Positions 27,291-38,849 of a stretch of 64,000 bases of DNA are shown here, piece after piece; the stretch's first letter is position 1, and each line of letters opens with the position of its first letter. Position numbers and translations under genes: made by a program. The stretch covers positions 558,001 through 622,000 of the forward strand of contig NW_021833026.1 in assembly GCF_006345805.1 (NCBI RefSeq), read 5' to 3'. The DNA is from Octopus sinensis. Taxonomy: Eukaryota. The notes under the pieces were generated by a model that saw only the letters and a list, made by a program, of their open reading frames with translations, had not been told where the DNA came from and searched no databases.

Positions 27291-28265
27291 TACGATGTCC
27301 TCGACTTACATGATGAGGTCCTTAAAACCTTCCCCCCAAAAAAAATTAAAAAAAAATTTTCTGCATTTTGGTTAAAATGAACAACTACAATGTCCTCGAC
27401 TTACATGATGAAGTCCTTAAAACCTTCCCCCCCAAACAAATTAAAAAAAAATTTTCTGCATTTTGGTTAAAATGAACAACTACAATGTCCTCGACTTACA
27501 TGATGAAGTCCTTAAAACCTTCCCCCCAAAAAAAATTAAAAAAAAATTTTCTGCATTTTGGTTAAAATGAACAACTACAATGTCCTCGACTTACATGATG
27601 AAGTCCTTAAAACCTTCCCCCCCAAACAAATTAAAAAAAAATTTTCTGCATTTTGGTTAAAATGAACAACTACAATGTCCTCGACTTACATGATGAAGTC
27701 CTTAAAACCTTCCCCCCAAAAAAAATTAAAAAAAAATTTTCTGCATTTTGGTTAAAATGAACAACTACAATGTCCTCGACTTACATGATGAAGTCCTTAA
27801 AACCTTCCCCCCAAAAAAAATTAAAAAAAAATTTTCTGCATTTTGGTTAAAATGAACAACTACAATGTCCTCGACTTACATGATGAAGTCCTTAAAACCT
27901 TCCCCCCAAAAAAAATTAAAAAAAAATTTTCTGCATTTTGGTTAAAATGAACAACTACAATGTCCTCGACTTACATGATGAAGTCCTTAAAACCTTCCCC
28001 CCAAAAAAAATTAAAAAAAAATTTTCTGCATTTTGGTTAAAATGAACAACTACAATGTCCTCGACTTACATGATGAAGTCCTTAAAATCTTCCCCCCAAA
28101 AAAAATTAAAAAAAATTTTCTGCATTTTGGTTAAAATGAACAACTACAATGTCCTCGACTTACATGATGAAGTCCTTAAAACCTTTCCCCAAAAATCAAA
28201 AAATATTTTCTGCATTTTGATTAAAATGAACAACGCGAATGTCCTCGACATTCATGATGAGGTCC
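27291..28265. repeat. Tandem array of a 95-bp unit, about 10 copies
   Basis: Unit tacaatgtcctcgacttacatgatgaagtccttaaaacc...gttaaaatgaacaac starts at 27291, 27386, 27481, 27576, 27671, 27766, 27861, 27956, 28051, 28145, with a degenerate partial copy after. Confidence 0.97.
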
Positions 28266-28486
28266 ATTAAAACCTTCAAGGCAAAAATCTCACGTATTAA
28301 GAATATCCTTGATGAAAACGACAGCGAGAATATTAACAATGATGAACTCCCAATTATTCGCGATAAAGAAATTCAATTCATCCTATGTTTTTCTCTTTAA
28401 ATTAAATGCATATATCATTATCGACCATGAATCAAAATTAAAGCTATTATCATATTTGACTTTGACAGAATGTGCAATCACAGATT

Positions 28487-28695
28487 GCACGACTTTGAAT
28501 ATAGAGTGTGCAATTAACAGATTTTGAAAAACCACTTTGATAGTTGAAACCACATTAGCACAATCATTAACACAATTTACCACCAATTGACGCACGACCT
28601 TGAATGATAGAGTGTGCAATTAACAGATTTTGAAAAACACTTTGATAGTTGAAACCACATTAGCACAACCATTAACACAATTTACCACCAATTGA
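28487..28695. repeat. Two tandem copies of an approximately 105-bp unit
   Basis: gcacgac(t/c)ttgaat...agagtgtgcaattaacagattttgaaaa...caccaattga at 28487 and 28592. Confidence 0.9.
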
Positions 28696-29409
28696 CAGCG
28701 CAATCAGAAGAATTTGCGTAAAAATATTAACTATTTACTTGAGTTTTTCGTAAAGATAGAATTTATTTTCGGTATGCCTCTTTTCCTAAACTTTTTTATT
28801 ATTCAAAAATAATTTTTTAAATAGATAACCGAAGGAGGAAAAACGAAGCTGAAGAAAAAACGGTCAGCTTAATAAGGTAATTAATTAAATCTTTTTTGTG
28901 TGTCGCTTTCTTGCCTGCCGCATTTCCGCCTGCCGCATCTCCCCCTGCCCCATTTCCGCCAGTAAAAAACAAAAAAATAAAAAAAGAAAAAAAAGGAAAT
29001 TACAAAGGAAAAATGAAAAAATTAAATATAAAAAAAATAAACCACAAAAATGAAAAAAAAGTTTGCAATGACAATAACAAGCCCAGGGACAGTCATTAAA
29101 GGTAGTTGGGTTATTTTTAGAGAGTGAGTGCTTTTCACATGGACAGCTGTATGTGGGATGCTCGAGGGTAGGCAGAAGAGAAAATTTATTCATATATGCC
29201 AAGGAAGGACGGACGACAAACATCGTTTATCAACAGCCGATAGAATAGGGTTACATTAAACCAGGTAGTTTATACATCTACATAAACTTATAGTTGTTTG
29301 ATGAAACAGGCCCTCCGCAGGAGCTAGGTCGCGGTGAGCGAAGCGAGCTGCCGAGCTAGTTACTTATATTTAATTAAAATGGGGAATAAGTTATACACGA
29401 ATTAATAAA

Positions 29410-29485
29410 GAGCCTGGAGGTCAGCTCAAAGTCGCCGCACTGCGTATCGAGTGGCAGTTTCCGCGGAGCACTGCGACCGAGATTG
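29410..29485 (-). mobile_element. Short 3'-end fragment of a CRE-type element
   Basis: Reverse complement aatctcggtcgcagtgctccgcggaaactgccactcgatacgc matches 31368-31440. Confidence 0.75.
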
Positions 29486-29949
29486 ATTTAATTGCATTGA
29501 TTTCTAATCAATAATCGTTTCAACAATAAAAATTTATTAAAATAAAGCGTCTACGTTTTTTTAACTTGATTCATATTAACTATTTTAGACTTCCCTGAAC
29601 TTGTTTTAAATAAAATAATAATAAAATAGACCTCTAGTCGATTGTTTGACAAAATTTGAACAACTTCAGCAGGTTCTCCATATGGGGATTCAAATCGGTT
29701 TAGCCTTAGGGAAGGATTTGTCCCAAAATCCTTTAGAACTCTAACCTAACAATTATTCACTAAAAATACTCCGCTCCCAATTGAAAAATCGTATTTCGAT
29801 TGATGAACATTCATTTTTTTATTCATGCGTTTAAAATATGGTGAATTAAATTAGGTGGAGAAAAATTCAATATAAAATCACTAGCATCCAAGTTGTCTAG
29901 CATATGTTATTCAAAATTTACCTGAAACATCTAAAATATCTTCTACATC

Positions 29950-31900
29950 CATATCCTCTGATGATACATGATAAAAATCATCCAAACACTCACTTTCTTT
30001 GAAATTAAAAAAATTAAAAAAACTTTTATCATCATGAATGACAGTGTTTATACCAGAAACTCCTCTTAGTTTTTTAAATGGTGTTTCATTTATAGAAGAA
30101 TTTATTAAATAAATAATAAATAATAAATAAATTTATAGAAGAATGAATAGTCGTGTTATATGTAAAAGTGCTTCGTTTAATAAATTGGATCCAGTTTTTA
30201 GTTGATTCTTCACTCATCAGCTTTGAAAGATTTCGTGTTAAAGTTTGATTAAATCTTTCCACGATACCCTGAAACAGATAAATATTGTGTTATTACTTGT
30301 GATTGAGGATGATTTGGCCTTCCGTAAATATGTTGGATTTTGTTTTTCGTGCAAAGAGAATCGAGATATTTATTCCTAAACTCAGTTCCATTATCTGTGT
30401 AGAATCTCGCAAAAGCCGATTTCTGAACAAATTTCTTCGAAAGCCTCACAAATATCTAAATTCCAATATAAAACATAAATATACTTATTGCAGATTTATT
30501 TTTAACTCCTTTACAAATGGCATACTTACTGTAAACATCAATGACGGTAAATATCCATTTGTAGCCATCGTTCGAATCGTTAAATTTTTTAACGTCTATA
30601 AGGTCTGCTTGGAATCGTTCATTTGGTCTTTTGGCAATCACATGGTACTTAGAATCTGAAACCTGCTATATAAATTTTTTATTTCGTCCTCTTTGTCTCT
30701 TCAGCCAGCGCACTGGCGGAACCCGGGTTTGCGACAGTCCTGGGAAGCATTGTCGCCGAAAAAGAGTCGACACACGTGGCATCCCAAACCAGGGACTTGC
30801 CTTCCCTAAAAGGAAAGGTCGTCATCCCGTCGGGACGCTTGCCGTCGCTCCGGGAAAGGCCGACTGGCTCTAGGGTGGAAGGGAAACCAGCCGACTCTAG
30901 AGCCCTCCTCACAACGTCATTCAGATGAGTGTGACGGGGAATTCTCCCGGCACTCTTCTTACACGACAAGGCGTGCAAGCCGTTTGACGAAATTGAGGAC
31001 CCGCACCGGCAAGGGTGGGGCTGGCAGATGTCCAAACCAATCGTAAGCTGATCCCAATCCGCAAGGATTCGTCGTCCAGTAGTAACCCCGTACTAGGAGT
31101 GGGGAGAGCTTTGAGCCAGTCACCCGTGTGCGGCTGACAGGCGCAGTTAAGGGTGACTGTCGCAAACCCGGGTTCCGCCAGTGCGCTGGCTGAAGAGACA
31201 AAGAGGACGAAATACCGGTGTATTTCGGACGCTTTTGAGTTTGCCCCCCTCGTCTTCGAAACCTCTGGAATCGTCGGAAAGGCTGCGACTCAACTCCTCA
31301 CCGCCATTGGTAGAAAAATCTCCACAAAAACAAACGACCGGAGGGAGACGAGCTGGCTGTTCCAGCGAATCTCGGTTGCTGTGCTCCGCGGAAACTGCCA
31401 CTCAATACGCAGCGCGGCATCGTTGAGCTGACCCTCAGGCCCTCGACAATTCCCTTAGCCACCCAATTGCTTTAAATTCTTTGTGTGTAAAAAAAAAAAA
31501 AAGTTTTTTATTTTATACTTTAAGTGGAATGGAAAACTTGCGTATTGAGCACTCTTTGACGACTCGTTCGATAATTTTACGCTTTATTGTAAAATAGGAG
31601 TGTAAACATTCCTGTTGCAGTTTACGAATTCCAGAATGGCTATTCCGGTGAATAGAATCTGCAATAGTTTGCATCTCACTCTCATTATCCATGCAAATAA
31701 CTAGTTTGTGCTTTTAAAATCTTTCGTCTTTGAGGTATAAGCAGTCATCAATGACAATAAATTTAGTGGATTTTTTAGTTAATTTATATTTTATTTGTCT
31801 TGAAGATGTCTGTACAGGTTGGCCATTTAAAATATTGACTATAGTATGATATTCTGAGATATTTTTTACAAAACCTATTATTACATATACAAGGGAATAC
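29950..31900 (-). pseudogene. Ginger2-like (rve integrase/KRBA2-type) transposase with three micro-introns, interrupted by a CRE insertion
   Basis: HRNSHSGIRKL..C (zinc-binding region, 31500-31700); RPNERFQADLID, YKWIFTVIDVYSKY, TDNGTEF, HPQSQ|GIVERFNQTL; introns 30456-30484 and 30269-30296; frameshifts present. Confidence 0.8.
30685..31503 (+). mobile_element. 5'-truncated, 5'-inverted CRE-clade non-LTR insertion with poly(A) and 10-bp TSD
   Basis: Minus part encodes CRCG...HALSC, RHTHLNDVV, KRPDG, VWDATC; plus part encodes KY, FETSG, LFQRISVAVLRGN, then poly(A). TSD ttttttattt at 30675-30684 and 31504-31513. Confidence 0.88.
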
Positions 31901-32083
31901 ATTTTAAAGAGGACATGTTGAAAATTGAATAATAACGCTAAAAATATTAAATATGCCCACACGAGTAACGAATGATTAAACCACATTAATTATGACATCT
32001 GACAGCCAATGACCTCGTAAAATGATTGATTGACAGGTGACATGTAGCCAGCATGGGATGCGTAACCACCATGGGACGCGACA

Positions 32084-33520
32084 TAATATCCAAAGACACA
32101 AGAACAGTCCTTAAGAGAGGTTTCTGGGCGTTGAATCCTTCAGAAATAAATTGAGTGTTTTTTCTAAACCCATGTTGGTACACAGACATTGGGATGTCAT
32201 CTCGAATACAATCAATGAACATCCTTTCCAAAACTTTTGAAATCGCGCAGAGGATAGAAATCGGTCTGTAAGAAGATGGCTCCTCGCTGGTTTGCCTGCC
32301 TTCCAATCGGTATTCTGTGAGATCTCTTCCAAATTTCAAGGATACAATTCGTGTTTATCGACGCGTTGAAAATCAGGGCTAGTGTCTCCAACGTCTTGGG
32401 GCCCAGATGTCCCAGCTCCATAGTAGATATAGAATCTGGTCCTCTAGCTCCCGACTTCCGTGTCCTGACTATCGTCCCACGAACGTCTTCAGCAGAAAAT
32501 AGGATCCAGTCTATAGGTGGTACTAGTTTAATTTTCTTTAAATAGACACGGTGATCTTTGGAGAAATCCTGATGTGAGATTGAAGCGTAATAGTTGATAT
32601 GGTATTGTGGTTAACTAGGACTTTTTCGAGATGTGTAGCAGTGGAGGTTTTGATGGATTTGATCGTATTATACACCCTTCTAACAGAAGGGTTTGAAGAG
32701 AGATCCTATCCACCATTTTGTGTCATTAACTTTGATCTGCGTGTCAATTTCACGGTTAAGAGCATGTATCCTAGCTGAATGAATGAATGAATTTTTATTA
32801 ACGGAAAAGCCGAAAAAAGAGGGAGAAAGCCGACTATTGCCTCCATTGGTATCCTAGCTATGTTCATTTTTTGAATGTTTCTTTTTCTTTAAAAAAGTTT
32901 CGTTCTTTTATCAGAAGTTTGGTCATTATCCCAAGTCCGTTTGACCATTTTATTAAGAAAGATGGAAAGGGCTTCTTAGCCATCCAGCAGGACCACCTGC
33001 CAAAAGACCAAAACCTCAACAACCAGAAGCACATCACCCCGAAAGAAGACCTACGGCTCATCGGTATGAATAGCTTCCTCGTTTTGATGAGAATCGCGTT
33101 GAACATTCTGACCATTTGTTCAACTGTTGCAAAGCAAAAAATGTGAAAATGACCAATAAAACTTTCGATGAAACTTTCTTGTAGTTAATAGAGGTAGGAT
33201 ACAATCACTTTATCAGTGTTCTCGTTTTGACTTCCAGAAATATAGGATTGTGGTCACTTCTAAAGTCATATTTTACTGACCAGTCGATAATAGAAGCCAA
33301 GGATGGAGATGCCAGTAAAATATCAACTGAGAAGGGTTTGTCATCTCTTCTTGAATGTTCCAAGAAACCTTGGAGTTGCATTGCTGGGCAAGAGTTTAGA
33401 TTCTTGAAGTAGTAATACGTGTTAAATATCCAAGCTTTGTGTGGAAGGTGTTTTAATATGACTGGCTTATTGTCATTTTGGGCAAAGATGATCGTTAAAA
33501 TCACGGACATGGTATTTGAA
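32084..33520 (-). mobile_element. APE-type LINE: endonuclease and 5' RT fragments
   Basis: DILLASP...FRSDHNPIF (APE), LALIFNASI, SYRPISILCAISKVLERM, QHGFRK, TVLVSLDI. Confidence 0.8.
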
Positions 33521-34204
33521 AAGTTTTCTGCAGATAATAAATTTCAGTGTCAAAATGCGATTTTCTTGTTATTTGTTGATACAACTGTTTATTGAGATAT
33601 TTTATTAGTGGGACACATTTTTTATTATTTTTATCAAAAATAAATGAATAGAAAAATTAAGGTTAAATGTTTAAATTATTTTTAATCCTGGTTCTATGCT
33701 TTTTAAAGGATTCATATTCTTTCTGACGATCTGGGAGTAAATATACGGTTTTTATTTTCTAAATTCTGAAATCGGTCTAGAAAAATTTTTTCCGCATGTT
33801 TAATTCATAAAACACGTGGCACTACACATTTTATCGTGTTATACTTTTAACGTATTGACCTATATTTTGACGTTGATATTCAGATGTATCCATTTTATCA
33901 AAAACGCTGCTAAAATTTAGTATTAACTACTGAGAAGTATAAAAACACTATTTCTTATTTGGAAAGCAATACGATTAACTAAAATAAAGGAGCCAAGATT
34001 TCTAAACAAGATTAAATGTTTTTTTACAAACCCTTGAGCTAATAACCAATAATAGAACAAAAAATTGTAATTACTTAAGATGATTTGAAAACTGAGTCTG
34101 AATTTACACTTAAAAACGATGAGGATAATGAATAAGAAATATCAAACTCGAATTATGAAAATTACTGAAGAACTAAATCAAATAGAGGTATAAAATTAAT
34201 AAAT

Positions 34205-35165
34205 TCAGCTAATTTCCGAAAAAGATTTGACAAGTCCAAATCGTTCAGAATTGTGATTAGAAATTCTGGCAATCCTAGAACAGAAATCCTTCCACTTCCC
34301 AGCACTCAACACTTTAAGAAAGGCCTTAGAATCGACAATGTTGCTAATCGAAGTCATATTGGACTGATCCTCGTCATTGTTGATTCCCCTCACCATCCTG
34401 CTGTCGGGCTGCACTGCTTCCATCTCCAACACCCTCTGCACCACATTTTCCAACCCCTCTCTAAAACTCAACCAACTTACAGCACCCTGAGGCGATTTGA
34501 AGGTCAGAAAACACCTGATGAGGTCTCATGTCCTCAAAAAGTTCAAGCAACAATATTTTGGTCAGATTGTCGCACGCGTATACTATTTTGAGCTCTTGAA
34601 AAATATCCTTATCAGTAAGACTGGCCAAAGCAGAACTCCTTTAAGGAAATTTAACATTTTTTGAATACTGGAGAGGATCGGACTCGGCTGCTATGGACAT
34701 GAGAGTATCGCTGAGTCGGAAAGCCTGGAAATTGAACACCCCATTTGAAATAGACTCAAAATCTAAGAAAATGACGAGTAGAATGTACCAAATGTGATCA
34801 TTATCGAATCAGGAGCAACTATTTGTGACTCATAACAGTTTATTATTGTGTCCACGTTATAAAAGGACTTGGAGGATGAATTTTGATACCATCCTGCCCG
34901 GTAGTAGTCCATGTTGACTTGTTTCATTAGTTGGGATATGTTTTGTTGATAGTCAGATTTTCTCTGGTTGGTGGACTCCTCGGTCATTGGGAAGATGTTC
35001 GTAACTTCGCAGGTATCGCCTGATACGATTCCAAAGAGTAGACCATAGCAAAGGTCTTTATTATTTGATGTATTTTTTGCATGTCTTATAAGTTTTGTAA
35101 CAGCCTGAAAAAATATAAATTTTAAAGGAAACCAAAGGACTCAGAGAAACTTTAGTAACCACCAT
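34205..35165 (-). CDS. EIF3H: Translation initiation factor eIF3 subunit h (MPN domain)
   Basis: Spliced: VSLSPLAVTKLIRH, YGLLFGIV...EVTNIFP, QVNMDYYRAGWYQ, FNFQAFRLSDTLM, DFCSRIARISNHNSERF; follows the eIF3h layout end to end. Confidence 0.85.
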
Positions 35166-35339
35166 AATACACGCAAGATATTTTATTACAAAATTAATTT
35201 ATTATTTTTTTAATATTATTAATATAAATGATTAATAATAAAATATATATTTGTGGTTTTAAAAAATCCATAATTCCAGAAAATTCCAAATAATTCCGGA
35301 CCTATGATAAAGCATTGTCTGAAAAAATAGACTTTCGTC

Positions 35340-38300
35340 GATGCTTAAAAGATGCTGGGATCCCCTAGACAGAACTCGGCTGAAAGAAAGAATAAGTGCC
35401 ATTGAAAAATCACTTTGTTATACAGCCCAATTTGAAAAAGAACGTGTTGGTTACGCCAATCAAAAATGCTCCACCCAAAACACCCCAAATTCTGGACAGC
35501 GTACAGTAAAATTACTGGAACCGGAACAAAGGCGGAAGTTATTCGCCTGAGACTTCCTGGAGGTTTGCCTGTCGAGCCAGGAGGAGATTACCGAACTCCT
35601 CCGCAATCAGCTCGCAAATGTTTTGAAAGCAGATCCATCTGCCTCCTTTCCTAAACCTCCTCCAGCAAATAACTCAGACAGATCGAAACACTGCCACCCG
35701 ATTACTGAATCCGAGACCTGGGAAGCAATAAGTGCAGCTAGAAATGCGGCTCCGGGATATGACAAGATCCCTATGTCCTGCTTCAAGCATGCATCAAGCT
35801 GTTTGGTGTCTCTGCTCACAAACCTCTTCAATTCCAGCCTAAAGAGAGGGTACGTCCCAAAATCATGGAAAAAAACTGAAGTTCGAATGGTCGAAAACCT
35901 AAGAAACCTAAAGAGGAAGCCTCGAGCTATAGGCCCATAAGCCTAATCTGCTCTATATCAAAGATAATGAGAGAATCGTCTACAGAAGCTAGTACGCCAC
36001 ATAGAAAAATCACTGGCTCTCCCACGATCAGTGGGGTTTTCGTCCTGGCCGGTCCTGTGCTGACTGCATCTATCGCTGAATTCGATAGTATCTAAGCAGG
36101 GGTTCTCAAGTGCGGCCCTCGGGGCCGCATGCGCCCCGAGAATCTTTTTGCGGCCCCGACTTCCAAACTTTAAAATAATTTTTTGATATAAAATTAATTG
36201 TAATTAATATTATTAAAGATAATATTTTAATACCTGTTTGTAAATATATTTCAGGTTGAGTATTTTTCATGCCATCAAAGAATATCGAACATTATCTCAA
36301 GAAAATAGAGAATTTCAAATTGAATGGAAAGAAAAGTTTTTTTTCGTTGAACTGAATGGTAAAGCTGTTTTTGTTTGATATGCAACTGTTCATTAATTCA
36401 TTGAAAAATTATACTATTGAACGTCATTATAAGAAGCACAATTTCCATATGTACTGATGGGGGGGGCGAATATGATTGGTCGTAATAAAGGGTTTCATGG
36501 ACTTTATTCAGAATGGAGACTTGAAAAAAATCTTGCCTATATTTTGGCAAACATTGTATCATTCATCAGGAGAATATAATCGCAAAGTCACTTAAAATGC
36601 AAAATGTAATAAGTACGGTGTTGTCCATTGTGAATTGGATACGCGGTAAATCTCTCAATCACAGGAGATTTAAAAAAATGTTAGTGGAAAATGACACAGT
36701 GCATAATGATGTGCTTTACCATACCACTGTTCGATGGTTGAGTCGTGCCGCGTGCCTAAAAGGTATATGTGCTTGTAGAAGTTAGATTTTATGAACTACT
36801 CCTCAAATAAGAGAATTTGTTAAAGACCACAAATACCATGATTTGTTGAGCAGTAAGAGAGTGGATTGCCGATTTAGCTTTTTGGTAGATCTAAAAACCC
36901 TCTCATTATCGTCGTTAAATTGTGAATTACAGGGGAAATATAAATTTTGCCATCAACTCTATGGATCTATGCTTCTTTTATATCAAAATTAAAACTTTGG
37001 AGGGATCAAATAATGCTCAAAGATACAATTCATTTTACTTGTTTGAGTGAAAATAAAGCTAACGGTTCATTTGAAAAATATACTACCATTATCAGTCACC
37101 TATTGTTGAATTTGAAAAACGTTCTAAGGTATTAAAATTTAGTTTATTTTAAGAATTTTGATGAAATTTGCCATCAATGAAAAATTTTTGCAGCACCATT
37201 CAATATAGATCCTAAGAATGCTCCGCCATCACTCAATTAGAATTGATAGACCTTCAATCAGATGTGCAATTTACCTCAGTGCAAAAGATTGAAAATTTAA
37301 TGGGAATTATAGTTCACTTCCCAAAGAAAAATATCCGAATATACTCATAAATGCTTATAAATATGCTTCATGTTCGGATCCACTTATTTATGTGAGTCAA
37401 TTTTCAGTAAAATGATTCACATAAAAAATAAATATCGAAATAAATTGACTGATAATCACTTATGCCAGCTTTTGCGATCTACATGTGCCTCCTATATTCC
37501 GTGTTATGACAAATTGTTAACAATTAGTTAAAATAGCTAACAATTTTTCGTTTTAGTTAACAATTTTCGTTTTAGTCATTTTCTTTAATTAATTAAGACT
37601 AACTATCTCGGTTTCTGAATAAAAAATGAATGAATCTAAAAAAAATTAGTTAAAAGTTAATGAAAGTTTTAATTTAATTTATTCTGCGGCCCCGAAGACA
37701 ATGGTTAATTATCGATTTGGCCCCGACGTTAAAAACTTGAGAAAACCCTGATCTAAAGCACGAGACTCTGGCTTATCGGCCAGTATTATCTGCTTGGATG
37801 TATCGAAGGCTTTCGACAGTGTCTGTCACTCAGTTTTGCTGGAAAATCTTGTGAATTGCGACATTGATGCGGAAACCCTTGAATGGCTAGCGAGCTTCTT
37901 GAATGGGAGGATCTCCTTTGTCAACTATCTTGGCCGAGACTCGAAAGCCATTCTCCAAAAAAGGGGAGTACCTCAGGGCTCAGTCCTAAGCCCGCTAGTA
38001 TTCAACGTATATATGGCAGACTTCCCTAAACCTGTGTTCATCTCAATGAATGTGCTCATCTATGCAGATGACGTCATTATCACGGACGAAACAGCCCTTC
38101 CGACGACGTCGGAAATGAAGCTAAAAATTTACATAGAACAAATACAACAGTGGATGGCAGTGAAATACTTGACTCTGTCAATCGAGAAATGCACGCTCAC
38201 TAGAGTGTCGGTGAAAAGAAGTGCGAAAATGTTACTATATACGATCGAATCCATCCGGAGGACCCACTCGTTTCTGTACCTGGGAGTCCAATTTTCCGAG

Positions 38301-38640
38301 AACGGAAGGTGTGAGGAAGATATCATCATGAGGAAAAAACGGTGCACACTGTGCTATTCATCTTCCGGGCAGCTATCCTTCCAGTACTGATGTATGGGCT
38401 GGAGGGGTGGATTTTGTCCCCCTCCAAGGCAAGAATTATAAAACTGCTGGAGAAAACGAGGAGATTAGCGCTCAAGGTGGCCTTCGGCGTAAATCTAAGA
38501 GAGAAAATACCGAGCTGGCGCGAAGTCTTTCCTATGATTGGCGAGCTTGCTGAAACCCAATTCCAAAAATTCCTAGAGAAGAGAAGAAAATAGCCCCGGA
38601 CGACCCTGTGTGTAAGGCCACTACTGGCCCTTAATTTCTT
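35340..38640 (+). mobile_element. APE-type LINE RT remnant split by a hAT insertion
   Basis: APGYDKIP, LFNSSLKRGYVPKSWK, GFRPGRSC, then after the hAT: LDVSKAFDSV, GVPQGSVLSPLVFNVYM, YADD, YLGV. Confidence 0.85.
36097..37750 (+). mobile_element. Buster/SPIN-like hAT DNA transposon, internally deleted
   Basis: TIRs caggggttctcaag / cttgagaaaaccctg; flanks atctaag and atctaaag (near-TSD with central TA); remnants of BED finger, CIIHQE, NHRRFK, TVRWLSR, FGSTY. Confidence 0.9.
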
Positions 38641-38849
38641 TTATGTCCGATATCCCTTTGCAAAATAAACCCTTATCTATTTATCTATCTATCTAATTTG
38701 GAAGAGTTGTCGATCTTTGAATTTTAGCGTTCTTTTTAAGGATAAGATCATTTTGAAAAAAAATTCATTAAAAATGTTTTAATATATATATTTATTAATA
38801 TTATTGAAATACATGTAAAAAGAATTCTCTAGAAACTCGTGTGTTTAGT

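Larger units (their letters stand above)
27211..29359 (+). mobile_element. Non-autonomous Helitron-like element with internal tandem repeats
   Basis: 5' TC start followed by a (GTCT)6 microsatellite (27238-27262); 3' end gcggtgagcgaagcgagctgccgagCTAG|T (CTAG at 29356-29359) with a GCGAAGC hairpin; no Rep/helicase coding. Confidence 0.65.

Noticed and set aside
27291-28265. CRISPR-like array
   Set aside because: Units are contiguous near-identical 95-mers without unique spacers, there are no cas genes, and the context is eukaryotic.
28885-29223. Hydrophobic 112-aa ORF and its Lys-rich antisense partner
   Set aside because: Arises from poly(A/T) low-complexity sequence and short repeats within the Helitron-like element.
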